Assembly (NCBI GenBank): GCA_964016885.1
Contig: OZ024763.1
Span: 14,756,001 to 14,820,000 of the forward strand
Reading direction: 5' to 3'
Origin: Eledone cirrhosa
Lineage: Eukaryota
Length of the DNA stretch: 64,000 bases
In this document: one piece after another, positions 41,456 through 54,918 of the stretch
Layout of the letters: each line of letters begins with the position of its first letter
Numbering within the stretch: the stretch's first letter is position 1
Program-made: the position numbers and the translations under genes
The notes under the pieces: model-generated
What the model saw: the letters and a program-made list of their open reading frames with translations, nothing else
Told to the model about the DNA's origin: nothing
Databases searched by the model: none

Positions 41456-41742
41456 ACAATTGAGCACTCTATGCTTCTACGGAGCAGAGTATGATAGCAT
41501 GGGAAACGAAAAATCAGTGATGCATCGAAACTCAATTTAGGGGTGGTACAATTGTTTCCCCGGTGAACAGCTCATATCCTCTTTCCCAGAAAGAGGATAT
41601 GATCCGAAATCAATAGACGTGTCCGAGGAACCTGCGAATCCAGAGTCAGGTCGATCCACACACAGATCACACATCGAGCTGTTCGCCGGGGAAACAATTG
41701 TAACACAATAAATTGAGTTCCGATGCATCACTGATTGTTCGT
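41456..41742 (-). mobile_element. Fold-back family E with hammerhead 3' halves
   Basis: Arms 41506-41573 and 41676-41742; GAAAC-AATT-GTA at 41691-41702; tail AGCACTC...GAGTA at 41463-41491. Confidence 0.65.
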
Positions 41743-41867
41743 GTGTGCGTGCGCGTGCGTGTGCGCGTGTGTGTGTGTAAAAGGTAAACAGAAATAACAA
41801 CACACACAATCAGTACAGTATATGGAAGGTATATATTAGGTCAACGGTTGAAATAGCAGGAAGAGGG

Positions 41868-41903
41868 TCTTAACGTTTCGGACGGTAGTCCTTCATCAGA
41901 AGA
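41868..41903 (-). ncRNA. Minimal hammerhead with loop-less palindromic stem III (AACGTT)
   Basis: Minus strand: TCTT-CTGATGA-A-GGAC-TACC-GTCC-GAAACGTT-AAGA. Lies in an element whose terminus GTAAAAGGTAAACA abuts (GT)n and recurs at 15696 and 35459. Confidence 0.7.
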
Positions 41904-42290
41904 AAGAATGAGAAATTAAATGGATTGAAGGGAAGGGCGGGGTGGAATTGGAAAAAAATGTGTGTAGAGAAAATTAACAGGCCCATTCATGTTGACAATT
42001 CGTTGGATTTTCAAATTGGATTTTCACTCTGGAACTGGAAATACACCCGGAGTTTACCTTCCACTAGGAAATCTTTTCGTATCACTGATATTTTCTTTGC
42101 TTCTTGCACTATATATATATATATATATATAGAACTAGCTGTTGAAACGGCAAGAGCTCAGTCGTCGGGCTCCTGACTCATCCATATATATATATGTATG
42201 TATATAAGTTATAGGTGTATACACAAGTAACATCAGAGTGTTCAATACATATATTAAAGTGAAATACATCAAATGATAAAGGCTGTTAAT

Positions 42291-42590
42291 AATTGTTTCT
42301 GCTTTTGGCACAAGGCCAGCAATGACCCCAGTGTATTACTGGTACTTTATTTTATCGACACCCCGTAAGGATGAAAGGCAAAGTTAACCTCGGCGGGATT
42401 TGAACTCAGAACTGAAAGGGCCATAACTCTATGCTGCAAAGCATGCCAATCCAACACCCTTGATAAAGGCTGCTTATAATAATTGTTTCTACTTTTGGCA
42501 CAAGGCCAGCAATGACCGCAGTGCATTACTGGTACTTTATTTTATCGACCCCGTAAGGATGAAAGGCAAAGCTAACCACGGCGGAATTTA
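42291..42590 (-). mobile_element. Two tRNA-SINE copies, the first with a ~20-bp TSD
   Basis: TGATAAAGGCTG..T.ATAAT on both sides of 42291-42460. Confidence 0.85.
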
Positions 42591-43101
42591 TGATAATACA
42601 CTATGCTCCGGTAACTATTTATTGATTCATTTACTCTGATGGTAGTACAATGTACCACTGTTACAGGAGATATTTACTGAAGTGGTGACAGTCACAATCT
42701 CCGATCTAACGTTTAGATAGTCGGCACATTTATTAAGGTTGCTGGGTATCAGACCCGTTTCAGCTATGTATAACCCACATTTTTCTTTTTTTTTTTTTTG
42801 GTACCATTTCTGTGTGGCCTACGTCCCCCGAGGAGATATATAACGGCATGTAATGTAAATCATACAGGAAGTGAAGAGGGATGTGGTGGCCGAGGGAGTT
42901 AAGATGGTGGATCTCGTGATATCAGCTCAGTCGACCGGGATTAGTAAGAATGTCGTGTCAAATTGTCACAGATATTTATCATTTGGTGACAATTCCTTCT
43001 CAAAAAACATTAGCTCAGATTTCTCAATCGAAAAAGAAAAAAAACCCATCCCACTTATGTATTCGTCACAACCACATTGCTATTCGCCTCTCTCCCCTCT
43101 C

Positions 43102-43146
<45 letters not shown>

Positions 43147-43646
43147 ATATATATATACAAATGGCTTCTACAGGACTAGAACATATGTATATATATTATA
43201 TTTATTTGTATATATACATATATATATACACATATATATTAGAATACTGTTAAAGTGTGTATTCATTTTTGAGGACACCCTGTATATATATATATATATA
43301 TAGGAAAATGTTTGACCCCGATGGCGTCCGACCCTCTACCGATACTGCCAATCGGACCCAGCATATTTATCAATGCCAGTACCGGTTGTATCTCAGTGTA
43401 CTCAATAGGCAATGTAGGATACATTCCCAGAGTATACACATAGTTATTCGCTTCAATACAACACACGTAAAACGGGTGCTTATAATGGTTCCCGGATTCG
43501 AGTTTCGGCCACACAATAAAGCAATAGGGTGCACTGCACCCTCCGTCTGCATATATTATGCAACAATGCATAATCGGCGTATGCGGCTTCATCAGCGGGT
43601 ATCGCCTAATCAATAACCAATCGATCGACAGAATCCAAACCCCATC

Positions 43647-43700
<54 letters not shown>

Positions 43701-43703
<3 letters not shown>

Positions 43704-44126
43704 CAGAAGGGATATTTAATTTGTTGAAAATTCAACAAATATAAATGTTTATAACTGATTCAGAGCACTCGACAGATTTCTGGAGTAAATATTCAATGAT
43801 ATTAAATAAATGGAAACTATATTTATAAAACCATGTTTATTCTATTATATATATTTCAAGGGTACCAAAACTTTGGTACGCTTTCATCAGATAAAATACA
43901 AAGTGTGTTTTATAAATTTTGACATGGCCAAGGAAACATACCTTAACAGTTGAATTTTCCTTGGATAATTCAACTGTTAAGGTATGTTTCCTTGGTTAGG
44001 TCAAAATTTATAAAACACACTTTGTATTTTATCTGATGAAAGCGTACGAAAGTTTTTGGTACCTTTGAAATATATATAATAGAATAAATGTGGTTTTATA
44101 AATATAGTTTCCATTTATTTAATATC

Positions 44127-44135
<9 letters not shown>
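43701..44135 (-). mobile_element. Fold-back family A, copy 2, hammerheads at 43838-43898 (-) and 44025-44086 (+)
   Basis: Arms 43789-43960 and 43963-44135; CTGATGA...GAAA-TATATA-TA cores intact in both arms. Confidence 0.85.
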
Positions 44136-44177
<42 letters not shown>

Positions 44178-44179
<2 letters not shown>

Positions 44180-44384
44180 CGAAGGAAATGTGGTAAGGAA
44201 CAAGATGGACTATAACGCACCAAAGTACTCAATACTAGGGTAGTAGAGTGGGTAATAGGAACGAGTAGGACTCCGACGGCTTGGCTCAAGCCGTTTCGAC
44301 GGATAATTCTGGACTAAAATTTTAGTCCAGAATTAGCGGTCGAAACGGCTTGAGCTCAGCCGTCGGGGTCCTACTCGTTCCTAT
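44178..44384 (-). mobile_element. Fold-back family C, most complete copy
   Basis: 77-bp tail plus a 130-bp palindrome (44255-44384) centred on AAAA|TTTT; GAAA-CGGCT-TGAGCTC-AGCCG-TC at 44342-44364. Confidence 0.85.
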
Positions 44385-44422
44385 ATATATATATATATAT
44401 ATATGGGGACACCCGCTATATA

Positions 44423-44459
<37 letters not shown>

Positions 44460-45099
44460 GCACATACATATGTATGTATACACACGTGTGTATTAAATAA
44501 TAAGTATTTATGCTAGAATACAACGTATAGTTTAAGATTTTAAGGTAAATATATCGCTACAACTACCGCTGTTTTTTAATTCGAAGACTTCGCCGTGGCA
44601 AAAGAAAAACATGAAATATAAAGTGTAAACACCTTTTACTATTCCTCCGTGCTAAGAAAACATTAAAGATTACCGTTAGATTTGAGGGTGGGTGTCGTGG
44701 TTGGCGTAGGGAGTGGGAACTGGAGGGGGAGTACCACAGGGGTGTGGAAGGAATGGGTGTAAGGGTGGAGGGTGTATTTATTATCTTTCATTATATTTTA
44801 GGGGTTAGTGGAGGAGGGGGGGGGGGCACATTAGTTTAACATCTTTTTTCTTCTTTCTTCGTTGGTTTTGTTCTGATTCTTTTTCTTTTCTTTATCTTCT
44901 CATTTTCTTTTCCTCTTCTTCATCGTCGTGTCATCATCAGAAGGGTTTATCAGTATCTGCTGCTGTTGTTGTTGTTGTTGTTGTTGTTGTGGATGGTGAC
45001 ACTTCCATAGTGTTGTTATTGTTGATGTTCTTGCTGTTGCTGATGATGATATTGGTGACACCGCCATGGTGGTGTTGGTGTGGATGTCGCTAATGTTTT

Positions 45100-47900
45100 G
45101 GCTGATGATGATGATGATGATGATGTTAGTGATATTGATGATGATGATGTTAATGATGATGATGTTAGTGATGATGATGATGTTGATGTTAGTGATGATG
45201 ATGATGTTAGTGATGTTGATGATGATGTTAGTGATGGTGGTGGTGGTGGTTTTAGTGATGGTGGTGGTGATGGTTTTAGTGATGATGGTGGTGATGGTGG
45301 TGGTTTTAGTGATGATGGTGGTGGTGGTTTTAGTGATGATGGTGGTGATGGTTTTAGTGATGATGGTGGTGATGGTTTTAGTGATGATGGTGGTGATGGT
45401 GGTGGTTTTAGTGATGATGGTGGTGGTGGTTTTAGTGATGGTGGTGGTGGTGGTTTTAGTGATGGTGGTGGTGATGGTTTTAGTGATGATGGTGGTGATG
45501 GTGGTGGTTTTAGTGATGATGGTGGTGGTGGTTTTAGTGATGATGGTGGTGGTGGTGGTGGTTTTAGTGATGATGGTGGTGATGGTGGTGGTTTTAGTGA
45601 TGATGGTGGTGATGGTGGTGGTTTTAGTGATGGTGGTGGTGGTGGTTTTAGTGATGATGATGATGATGATGGTGGTGGTTTTAGTGATGATGGTGGTGGT
45701 GGTGGTGGTTTTAGTGATGATGATGATGGTGGTGGTGGTTTTAGTGATGATGATGATGGTGGTGGTTTTAGTGATGATGGTGGTGGTGGTGGTGGTTTTA
45801 GTGATGATGGTGGTGGTGGTGGTGGTTTTAGTGATGATGATGATGGTGGTGGTGGTTTTAGTGATGATGATGATGATGGTGGTGGTTTTAGTGATGATGG
45901 TGGTGGTGGTGGTGGTTTTAGTGATGATGATGATGATGGTGGTGGTTTTAGTGATGATGGTGGTGGTGGTGGTGGTTTTAGTGATGATGATGATGATGGT
46001 GGTGGTTTTAGTGATGATGGTGGTGGTGGCGGTTTTAGTGATGATGGTGGTAGATGATGTTGATGGTGGTGATGGTGGTGGTGGTGATGGCGGTGATTAT
46101 GTTGATGGTGATGATAGGGGTGGTGGTGATGATGGTGACGTTGTTGATGGTATTTCTCTTGGTGTTCTTGGTATTGTAGTAGTTGCTATGGTAGCTGTTG
46201 GTGTAGTAGTTGCTATGGTAGCTGTTGGTGTTGTAGTTGCTATGGTAGCTGTTGGTGGTGTAGTTGCTATGGTAGCTGTTGGTGGTGTAGTTGCTATGGT
46301 AGCTGTTGGTGGTGTAGTTGCTATGGTAGCTGTTGGTGGTGCAGTTGCTATGGTAGCTGTTGGTGTTGTAGTTGCTATGGTAGCTGTTGGTGTTGTAGTT
46401 GCTATGGTAGCTGTTTGTGTTGTAGTTGCTATGGTATCTTTTGGTGTTGTAGTTGCTATGGTAGCTGTTGGTGTAGTAGTTGCTATGGTAGCTGTTGGTG
46501 TTGTAGTTGCTATGGTAGCTGTTGGTGTTGTAGTTGCTATGGTAGCTGTTGGTGTTGTAGTTGCTATGGTAGCTGTTGGTGGTGTAGTTGCTATGGTAGC
46601 TGTTGGTGTTGTAGTTGCTATGGTAGCTGTTGGTGTTGTAGTTGCTATGGTAGCTGTTGGTGGTGTAGTTGCTATGGTAGCTGTTGGTGGTGTAGTTGCT
46701 ATGGTAGGTGTTGGTGGTGTAGTTGCTATGGTAGGTGTTGGTGGTGTAGTTGCTATGGTAGCTGTTGGTGTTGTAGTTGCTATGGTAGCTGTTGGTGGTG
46801 TAGTTGCTATGGTAGCTGTTGGTGGTGTAGTTGCTATGGTAGCTGTTGATGTAGTTGCTATGGTAGCTGTTGGTGTTGTAGTAGTTGCTATGGTAGCTGT
46901 TGGTGTAGTAGTTGCTATGGTAGCTGTTGGTGGTGTAGTTGCTATGGTAGCTGTTGGTGTTGTAGTTGCTATGGTAGCTGTTGGTGTTGTAGTTGCTATG
47001 GTAGCTGTTGGTGTTGTAGTTGCTATGGTAGCTGTTGGTGTTGTAGTTGCTATGGTAGCTGTTGGTGGTGTAGTTGCTATGGTAGCTGTTGGTGGTGTAG
47101 TTGCTATGGTAGCTGTTTGTGTTGTAGTTGCTATGGTAGCTGTTGGTGGTGTAGTTGCTATGGTAGCTGTTGGTGGTGTAGTTGCTATGGTAGCTGTTGG
47201 TGGTGTAGTTGCTATGGTAGCTGTTGGTGTAGTAGTTGCTATGGTAGCTGTTTGTGTTGTAGTTGCTATGGTAGCTGTTGGTGTTGTAGTTGCTATGGTA
47301 GCTGTTGGTGGTGTAGTTGCTATGGTAGCTGTTGGTGGTGTAGTTGCTATGGTAGCTGTTGGTGTAGTAGTTGCTATGGTAGCTGTTTGTGTTGTAGTTG
47401 CTATGGTAGCTTTTGGTGTTCTTGTATTGGTATTGTTCTTGTAGTTATTGTTATAGTCGTTGGTGTTATAGATGTTGGCGTTGTTCTTGTTATAGTTGTT
47501 GTTGTTATTGTTGTTATAGTTGTTATAGTTGTTATTGTTGTTGTTATAGTTGTTATAGTTGTTATAGTTGTTGTTATAATTGTTGTTGTTATAGTTGTTA
47601 TAGTTGTTGTTATAATTGTTGTTGTTATAGTTGTTATAGTTGTTATAGTTGTTATAATTGTTGTTGTTGTTATAGTTGTTATAGTTGTTATAGTTGTTAT
47701 AGTTGTTGTTATAATTGTTGTTGTTGTTATAGTTGTTATAGTTGTTATAATTGTTATAGTTGTAGTTATTATAGTTGTTATAGTTGTTATAGTTGTTGTT
47801 ATAGTTGTACTTATTGTTGTAGTTATTGTTGTAGTTATTGTTGTAGTTGTTATAGTTGTTGTTGTTGTTATAGTTGTTGTTGTTGGTGGTGTTGTTACAA
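45100..47900. repeat. Stacked minisatellites: (TTTAGT+GAT/GGT)n, 27-bp GTAGTTGCTATGGTAGCTGTTGGTGGT (~46 units, 46175-47420) and (GTT/ATA)n
   Basis: Directly visible; source of the spurious 678/792-aa ORFs. Confidence 0.9.
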
Positions 47901-48058
47901 GTAACAATAATTTTCTTTGTATAGTTATACACGATAGCTTCTGCTAAAACAATTAACTGGATGGCAGAGTGGCGGGGATGACTTTGGTGGAGAGAGAGAT
48001 GGAGAGGGGGGAGAGAGAGGGGGAGAGAGAGAGGGGGGGGAGACAGAGATGAAGACAG

Positions 48059-48092
<34 letters not shown>

Positions 48093-48705
48093 CTAGGAGT
48101 GGTGGAGAGAGACAGAGATGGATGAACACACATATATATATATATATATGGGTAAGGAGTGATGGGGAGAGGGAGAGAAGAGAGAGAGAGAGAGACGGAG
48201 TGAAAGACAGAGTGAGAGACAGAGAGGGAGAAAGAGGGAGAGGGGGAGATGAAGATAGATTTATATATATATATATATATGTGTCTAGGGGTGGGTAAGG
48301 AATGGTGGGGAGTGAGAGAGACAAATGATGTAAATGAGAAACAGGGGTAGAGGGGTGGGGGAGTAGACGAGTGTCAGATCGAGGGAGCCGTACGCCCGTA
48401 TTTATACACACACATACACACACATATACATATGCTGCTATATATATATACACACATACATATCTATATATACAAGCACACATACATATACATGCATATA
48501 TATATATATATATTTACTTATATATACATATATGCACACATCCATATACATGCATATATATATATATATGCACACATCCATATATATATACATGTACATA
48601 CACACACATACATACATATGTATGTACATACACACACATACATACATATGTATGTACATACACACACATATATACATATATATATATATATATATTATTC
48701 AAAGT

Positions 48706-48736
<31 letters not shown>

Positions 48737-49004
48737 GTACATACACACACATGTATGTACATACACACACATGTATATACACATATACACATACACATAT
48801 ATATACACATATATACACATACTATGTGTGTGTGTGTGCGCATGTGTATACATATACATAATGAATATATATGTTTACATATATATCACACATCCACGTA
48901 CTAATATAGGAAAACAAACAAGCGTTTAATACACTTGTTTGTTATTAAACGATCTTCCCTATACACACAAACATACATGTATGTATATTATATATATATA
49001 TATT

Positions 49005-49168
49005 AGGGTCGGACGCCATGCTTTGACGCATAGAGTTACGGCCCTTGCCATTCTGAGTTCAAATCCCGCCGAGGTTAACTTTGCCTTTCATCCTTACGGG
49101 GTCAATAAAATAAAGTACCAGTAATACACTGGGTAATTTGCTGGCCTTGTGCCTAACCTAGAAACAAT
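49005..49168 (+). mobile_element. tRNA-SINE, 5'-truncated
   Basis: SINE consensus. Confidence 0.85.
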
Positions 49169-49307
49169 TATATATATATATATTCATACATACGTGTATA
49201 CAGAATATATTCATGCATACATATATACAGAATATATTCATGCATACATATATACAGAATATATTCATGCATACATATATACAGAATATATTCATGCATA
49301 CATATAT

Positions 49308-49352
<45 letters not shown>

Positions 49353-49354
<2 letters not shown>

Positions 49355-49628
49355 GAGGTTATATTTAATTTGTTGGGATACAACAAGCAAAATATTTTTA
49401 TAACTGATATAAAGCACGCAACAAATTATTGGAGTAAATATACAATATATTCCAACCAGAATGGTTGCATTTTTTCAGGGTATGTCAATATTTATTTATA
49501 AAACTAACCCATATTATATTTTATCTGATGAAAGCGCACCATAATTTGCCTTGGCGGCCCTTGAAATATGTATAATGAAATAAATATGGTTTTATAAATA
49601 TAGTTTCCATTTGTTAATATATTGTATA
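49353..49628 (-). mobile_element. Fold-back family A, copy 3 (tail-side arm ~14 bp), hammerhead at 49517-49582 (+)
   Basis: Tail matches 62964-63048; TATTTTAT-CTGATGA-...-GAAA-TATGTA-TA-ATGAAATA. Confidence 0.8.
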
Positions 49629-49731
49629 TATATATATGATGTTATTAACCGAAATTTTCTAATAATTACACGCAAATATATACACATATATACGCGGTAT
49701 ACGTGTCAGTATGACTTCCTGTATGTATATG

Positions 49732-49800
<69 letters not shown>

Positions 49801-50548
49801 CGAGCAAGAAGAACGATGAATAATAGTTAAGACATGATTTGAATTGTGCCGGCTGTCACGTGGTCTTCTTACAGCCGCCATTATTCTACGTCTTCCCTCC
49901 TAGCTTTCTTCTCTCTATCACCATCTCTCTATCGGCCCCTCTCCCACCAAACACCCATTCTCTCTATTTATCTATCGCCCTCTCTCTCTCTCTCTTCCAC
50001 CAAACATTCATTCTCTCTCTCTCTTTTCAAATATCTTTCTCTTTAACTATCTCTCCCTCTCAGTCAGTCCATTCCCCCCCCCTCTCACAGTTTACACTGT
50101 TCTTTTCTCTCACAGCCGTTTTACCTCTCTTCCTCATACGATTTACACTCTTTACCCCCTCTCTCTCTCTTCCTCCCTCCTCTCTCTCCTGCTCTTGGTC
50201 TCTCTTCTCTCACTTTCTCCCCTTTTTTCCTATATCTCCCCTTCTCTCTCTCACATTCTTACCCCCTCTCTCACTCACACTCTCTCTCTCATTTACAACA
50301 GCTATCTCTTATAACAACACTATTGCTGTTTGATAGACTGTTGATAGTTTCTTGTTGCCCAACAAGACATTTAACACTCCCTGCCCTTCCACCCCACCCC
50401 CCTCCGCTGCCCTTCCATCTATCTACCGCCCCTCCCTCAATTCTCAGTCTGGGTGGTCGTCAAGGCAACATTTCTGGAACTTACGTAGTCATCTATTTTC
50501 ACAACGTCATTTTTTTTTTCACTAAAATAAAAACCTCTGCTATGGAAT

Positions 50549-50759
50549 AATGGTTTCTTATATAGGCACAAGGCCTGCAATTTGGGGGGGGGGGGGTCCA
50601 TTAAATCGACCCAGTGTATTACTGGTACTTTATTTTATCGACCCCCGTAAGGATGAAAGGCAATGCTAACCCCGGTGGGATTCGAACTCAGAACGTAAAG
50701 GACCGTTACTCTATGCTGCAAAGCATGGTGTCCGTTGCTCTACCGATTCCACCGCCCTC
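50549..50759 (-). mobile_element. tRNA-SINE, full length
   Basis: SINE consensus with B-box GAGTTCGAATCC. Confidence 0.85.
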
Positions 50760-50881
50760 TGTTATGGGACAATGGTTTCTGATTTAGGCACGTGTATCTT
50801 GAACGGTAGTTCTCAGGGAGATTCAGTGGGACTTGATGTATCACAAAGTTGGACCTTTCAATTAAAGGTATGGTTCATCTC

Positions 50882-51150
50882 GTTATCCAACCATCTTGCT
50901 CGGGGTCTGCTCCTGGGTTTCCTGCTGGTTGGGTTTTGCCCATAAAATCTGTCCAGCGATTCTTTCCCGAGACAGTCTAACCACGTGTCCATAGTATCAG
51001 AGATGTGATCTCATCCATGAGCTTGGCTGGTCACGCTTGAGGGTCCAACCGGATCAGTTGGAAGACGGTTGCTTTTGATAAGGCCCCCTAGAAGTAGCGT
51101 TTGAGGACTTAGCCTCTACGACCCTCTCAGGGGTAAGTGGACGAAGAAAA
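50882..51150 (+). mobile_element. RTE-like LINE 3' end with 5' inversion
   Basis: 50882-51012 is inverted and 51013-51150 is forward; the two pieces are contiguous in the uninverted copy at 32150-32572. Confidence 0.75.
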
Positions 51151-51763
51151 AAACAAAGAGTCCGTCATGTACTACGCGTCTCCCCTACCATTCTCCGGGG
51201 GAAGCGCCTTCTCCATTCTGTCCGGCGGGGTTGTGGGGGAGGCCAGCACGTGGGACCCCATTTGCTCACCATACAGAGAGATGGGGAGGGCGCGAGAGTT
51301 GGAGGCGATGCCAGTGGGAGTTCGGCTCTTCCACGTTCGGACCATATCCTTGTGGTTGTGTTCATTATCTCTAGAGTCCATTCTACTCTCCATACATACA
51401 CATTTATACATGTGTGTATCATCATCATCATCATCGTTTAACGTCCTACCACTATACATATAACTACAGTATACGTGTAAGTGGTCTAGTATTGTACAGG
51501 CACGTGCATCTTGAACGGTTATTCTCAGGGAGATTCAGCCAAATACTGTATGTGACAAGTAGGGCCAGTGAACTACAGGTACAGTCCATCTGGCCAGCTT
51601 TAGAACAGTCCCTGTCTACTCAATTTCGCTCACAAAACTTGAGTGTTGTTTTATCATATGCACGTATGTGTATGTATGTGTGTGTATGTGTGTAGGTATG
51701 TGTGTGTGTAGGTATGTGTGCGTGTAGGTATGTGTGTATGTATGTGTGTGTGTATATGTGTGT

Positions 51764-51811
<48 letters not shown>

Positions 51812-51911
51812 GTGCGTGTGTGCGTGTGTGCGTTGTGTGTGCGTTGTGTGTGCGTTGTGTGTGCGTTGTGTGTGCGTTGCGTGTGCGTGTGCGTGTGCGT
51901 GTGCGTGTGCG

Positions 51912-51973
<62 letters not shown>

Positions 51974-53343
51974 AGAGAGAGATCTACAAGGAAAATTAAC
52001 AGAGGTCAACACAATACAATGGCGGTATATTAGTTTAATGCTTGATCTATATAATACTGAAACTCTGTGACTGTGGGCTTGTCTGTAATGTAATACAGCC
52101 AAAAGGGTGCATAATGAGAAAATACTTGGAAAGGAAGTTGACCCTGAAATGGGAATACAAATGGGATAAAACAAGTTTCGCGTAAATCGGAGCACGGGTT
52201 CCCGAGATATGGGTCAAAAAGAGAGAAAGGTAGAGAGGAAGAGATAGGGGTTGTGAGAGAGTAGATTGAAAGAGAGACATAGAGAGAGGGGGAGATGAGA
52301 CAGGAGAATAGAAGAGAGCTGGTGGTGTGTGTATATATATATATATAATGTGTGTGTGAGTGTGTCTATGACCAGTGTATATAAATCACAGACACCCACA
52401 TATATATACACACACATACATATACACATTTATATATATACATACACACACGTATATATATGGGCCTTCCAGTTTCATTTCACATTATATACATGTCTGT
52501 ATATATTTTAATTATTTAAAAATTATTTTTAAGTGACCATGATTTTAAAAAAATACTTTAAGGGAACATGACCCAACGGGTCACGGGTGGTCTAATATAA
52601 TTATAAAATTGTCTTAGCGTTCCGGATGCTAATCCCGCGCCGAAAGATAGAATGAGCGAGTAAAAAGAGTGTGTTTGGGAGTCAGAAAATGAAGGAATAT
52701 ATACGAGAGGAAGAAAAGAAAGAAAACGATAAAAATGTTCTTCCGATCATAATACAACACTTAGGCGATTTCATCAGGTGTTGGTTGCAGAATTGGTTAT
52801 ATAAGATAGCTGGATTAGGGCGAACAAAAAGAGGGAAGAGTGTATATATACCACAACAGAAACACAAACCCTCCATCTCAATTTTGCTTTTTGAAAATCA
52901 TAACTGTGAAACCGGTAAAGGAAATAAATAAATATTCTTAAAAGACACCAGTTGCATTTCAATTTCTTTTCCTTATATACATATATATATATATATACTA
53001 ATAATAATAAAAGGGACGATTTGTTATGTCTTCATTGCGTTTATTGATCAGCTCAAGGTTCGATCTGTATCGATTTGGCCCGACTCTGGAATCAAAACTC
53101 GTCGGACTTCTGCTTTTTCTACACCTCCATACTTACTGGAAACTACACATCGAGTGGTCACTCTAGTGAATCTTCAGTAACTGGACATTACAATCCCTAT
53201 TATATATATATATACGTGTGTGAGTGAGTGAGTGAGTGAGTGAGTGAGTGAGTGAGTGTGTGAGTGAGAGTGTGAGTGTGAGCGCGCTTATGTATCTGTG
53301 AGTGTATACAAATATGCAAATATATTTAATATAAAGAACGATG

Positions 53344-53470
53344 TACGCATGCGTGGAGAGACAAACCGGACAAAGGAGTTGCCATCGGCCGATTGCAGCT
53401 CCTTTCATCGCCTTTTAAGGGTTTTCACCCTATTTTATAAGCTATTTTATAGCATCTCTGCGCATGCGCA
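53344..53470. promoter_or_regulatory. Candidate regulatory site: NRF1-type motifs flanking a 34-bp palindrome
   Basis: TGCGCATGCGCA at 53459-53470, ACGCATGCGT at ~53345, near-perfect palindrome at 53372-53405. Motif match only. Confidence 0.25.
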
Positions 53471-54155
53471 CACCACTCTTTATTAGCTTTATCTTCTCAG
53501 TGTTGTGAGATTCCAAGAGATCGGTTACGTGTAAATAATGTCTCTTTGTATACAAATATATATTTAATGACGATAACAATGTGGAATTATTAATATATTT
53601 ACATTCTACGCATGGAAAGTTAACTTTCATGACTATATCATTATACATACATACATTCGTACCTACAAACACACATATATACATGTATACACACACATTC
53701 ACACATACATACAGATATACAAACATATATACACGAATACATACACACACACACATATATACACGAATACATACACACATATACATATATACACGAATAC
53801 ATACACACACACATACATACACGAATACATACACACATATACACACATACACGAATACATACACACACACATACATATATATACATACATGATGGCTGCA
53901 ACTCGATTTCAAGTAATGCCATGGCTTGATACTTAAGCATGGGCATCACTGACGTGGCTTTTTAGTCCTGCTAGGGACTTGCCTGTGGCCAGCAATATCA
54001 TGCATCGCAAAAGATGTCACACATCAAGCGATGCCTGTGCTTGAAGCCTTATTGAGTGAGGAAAGGCTTTGCACGGGGCCAATCCCACTTTCTGAACATC
54101 AAATGCATTTGCCCAAAATGTAGAACTGGTCTACACCATTGGATACAAACGAAGT

Positions 54156-54655
54156 CAGAACCCTAGGATTCCGCAAGAGGGCGCTAGGGGTTCCGCGAGA
54201 ACCAGTGATAAATAAACTAATGTATTTCTTAAAAGTAATTTTTGTTTAATTTTATATTCGTAATTTTACTCTGCATTTACGGCATATTGTCGGAAAATCC
54301 TTGTTTATTTTAAGAAAGGCTTCAACCTCTTATATTATTTAAAACTAGATAAATATTAATTGTTTCTACTTTTGGCACAAGGCCAGCAATTACCCAGTGC
54401 ATTACTGGTACTTTATTTTATCGACCCCGTAAGGATGAAAGGCAAAGTTAACCTCGGCGGGATTTGAACTGAGAATGGCAAGGGCCGTAACTATGCGTCA
54501 AAGCATGGCGTCCGACCCTCTACCGATACTGCCAATCCACCGCCCTAAGAGATAGATATTAATAATGGTATATAATAATTTTTATGTAGGGGTTCCCTGA
54601 GACATGAACCTATTTCAAGCGTTCCACAAGGGTAAAAAAGGTTGAGAAACGCTGT
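54156..54655. mobile_element. hAT/Charlie-like MITE remnant interrupted by a full SINE (54358-54546, minus)
   Basis: Right end AAAAAGGTTGAGAAACGCTG with several GGGTTCC subterminal motifs; the SINE is flanked by a 14-bp AGATA(A/G)ATATTAAT TSD; left TIR not seen. Confidence 0.55.
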
Positions 54656-54918
54656 CCAAGAGAGAGTCTAGGACAGTCTTAATGAAGTCTTAATGAAGTC
54701 TTAATGAAGACTAGGAATCTCTCACTCCACAAAATAAATAAATAAATAAAATTTTTTAAAAAATTACTTGATGGTCGTTGACGCTCCTGAGTTCCTCCGC
54801 CCTTTGCCGGGCCTTGTGCATCCCGCGGTGTGTCCAAATATCACCCTCCTCCGCAAGCAAAAGCTTGGTGGGGTTGCCGGTTTAGTCTCGCGCTCCACAC
54901 ACACACACACACGTACAT

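Noticed and set aside
42871-43179. 102-aa ORF in unique sequence
   Set aside because: No recognisable motif, weak splice signals, and it runs into microsatellite.
45066-48133. Mucin-like or Gly/Asp-rich long ORFs
   Set aside because: Stacked triplet-based minisatellites open in several frames, running through (TA)n/(GA)n; coding status unsupported.
54358-54546. tRNA genes
   Set aside because: The A/B boxes belong to multi-copy SINE heads with TSDs; no cloverleaf.
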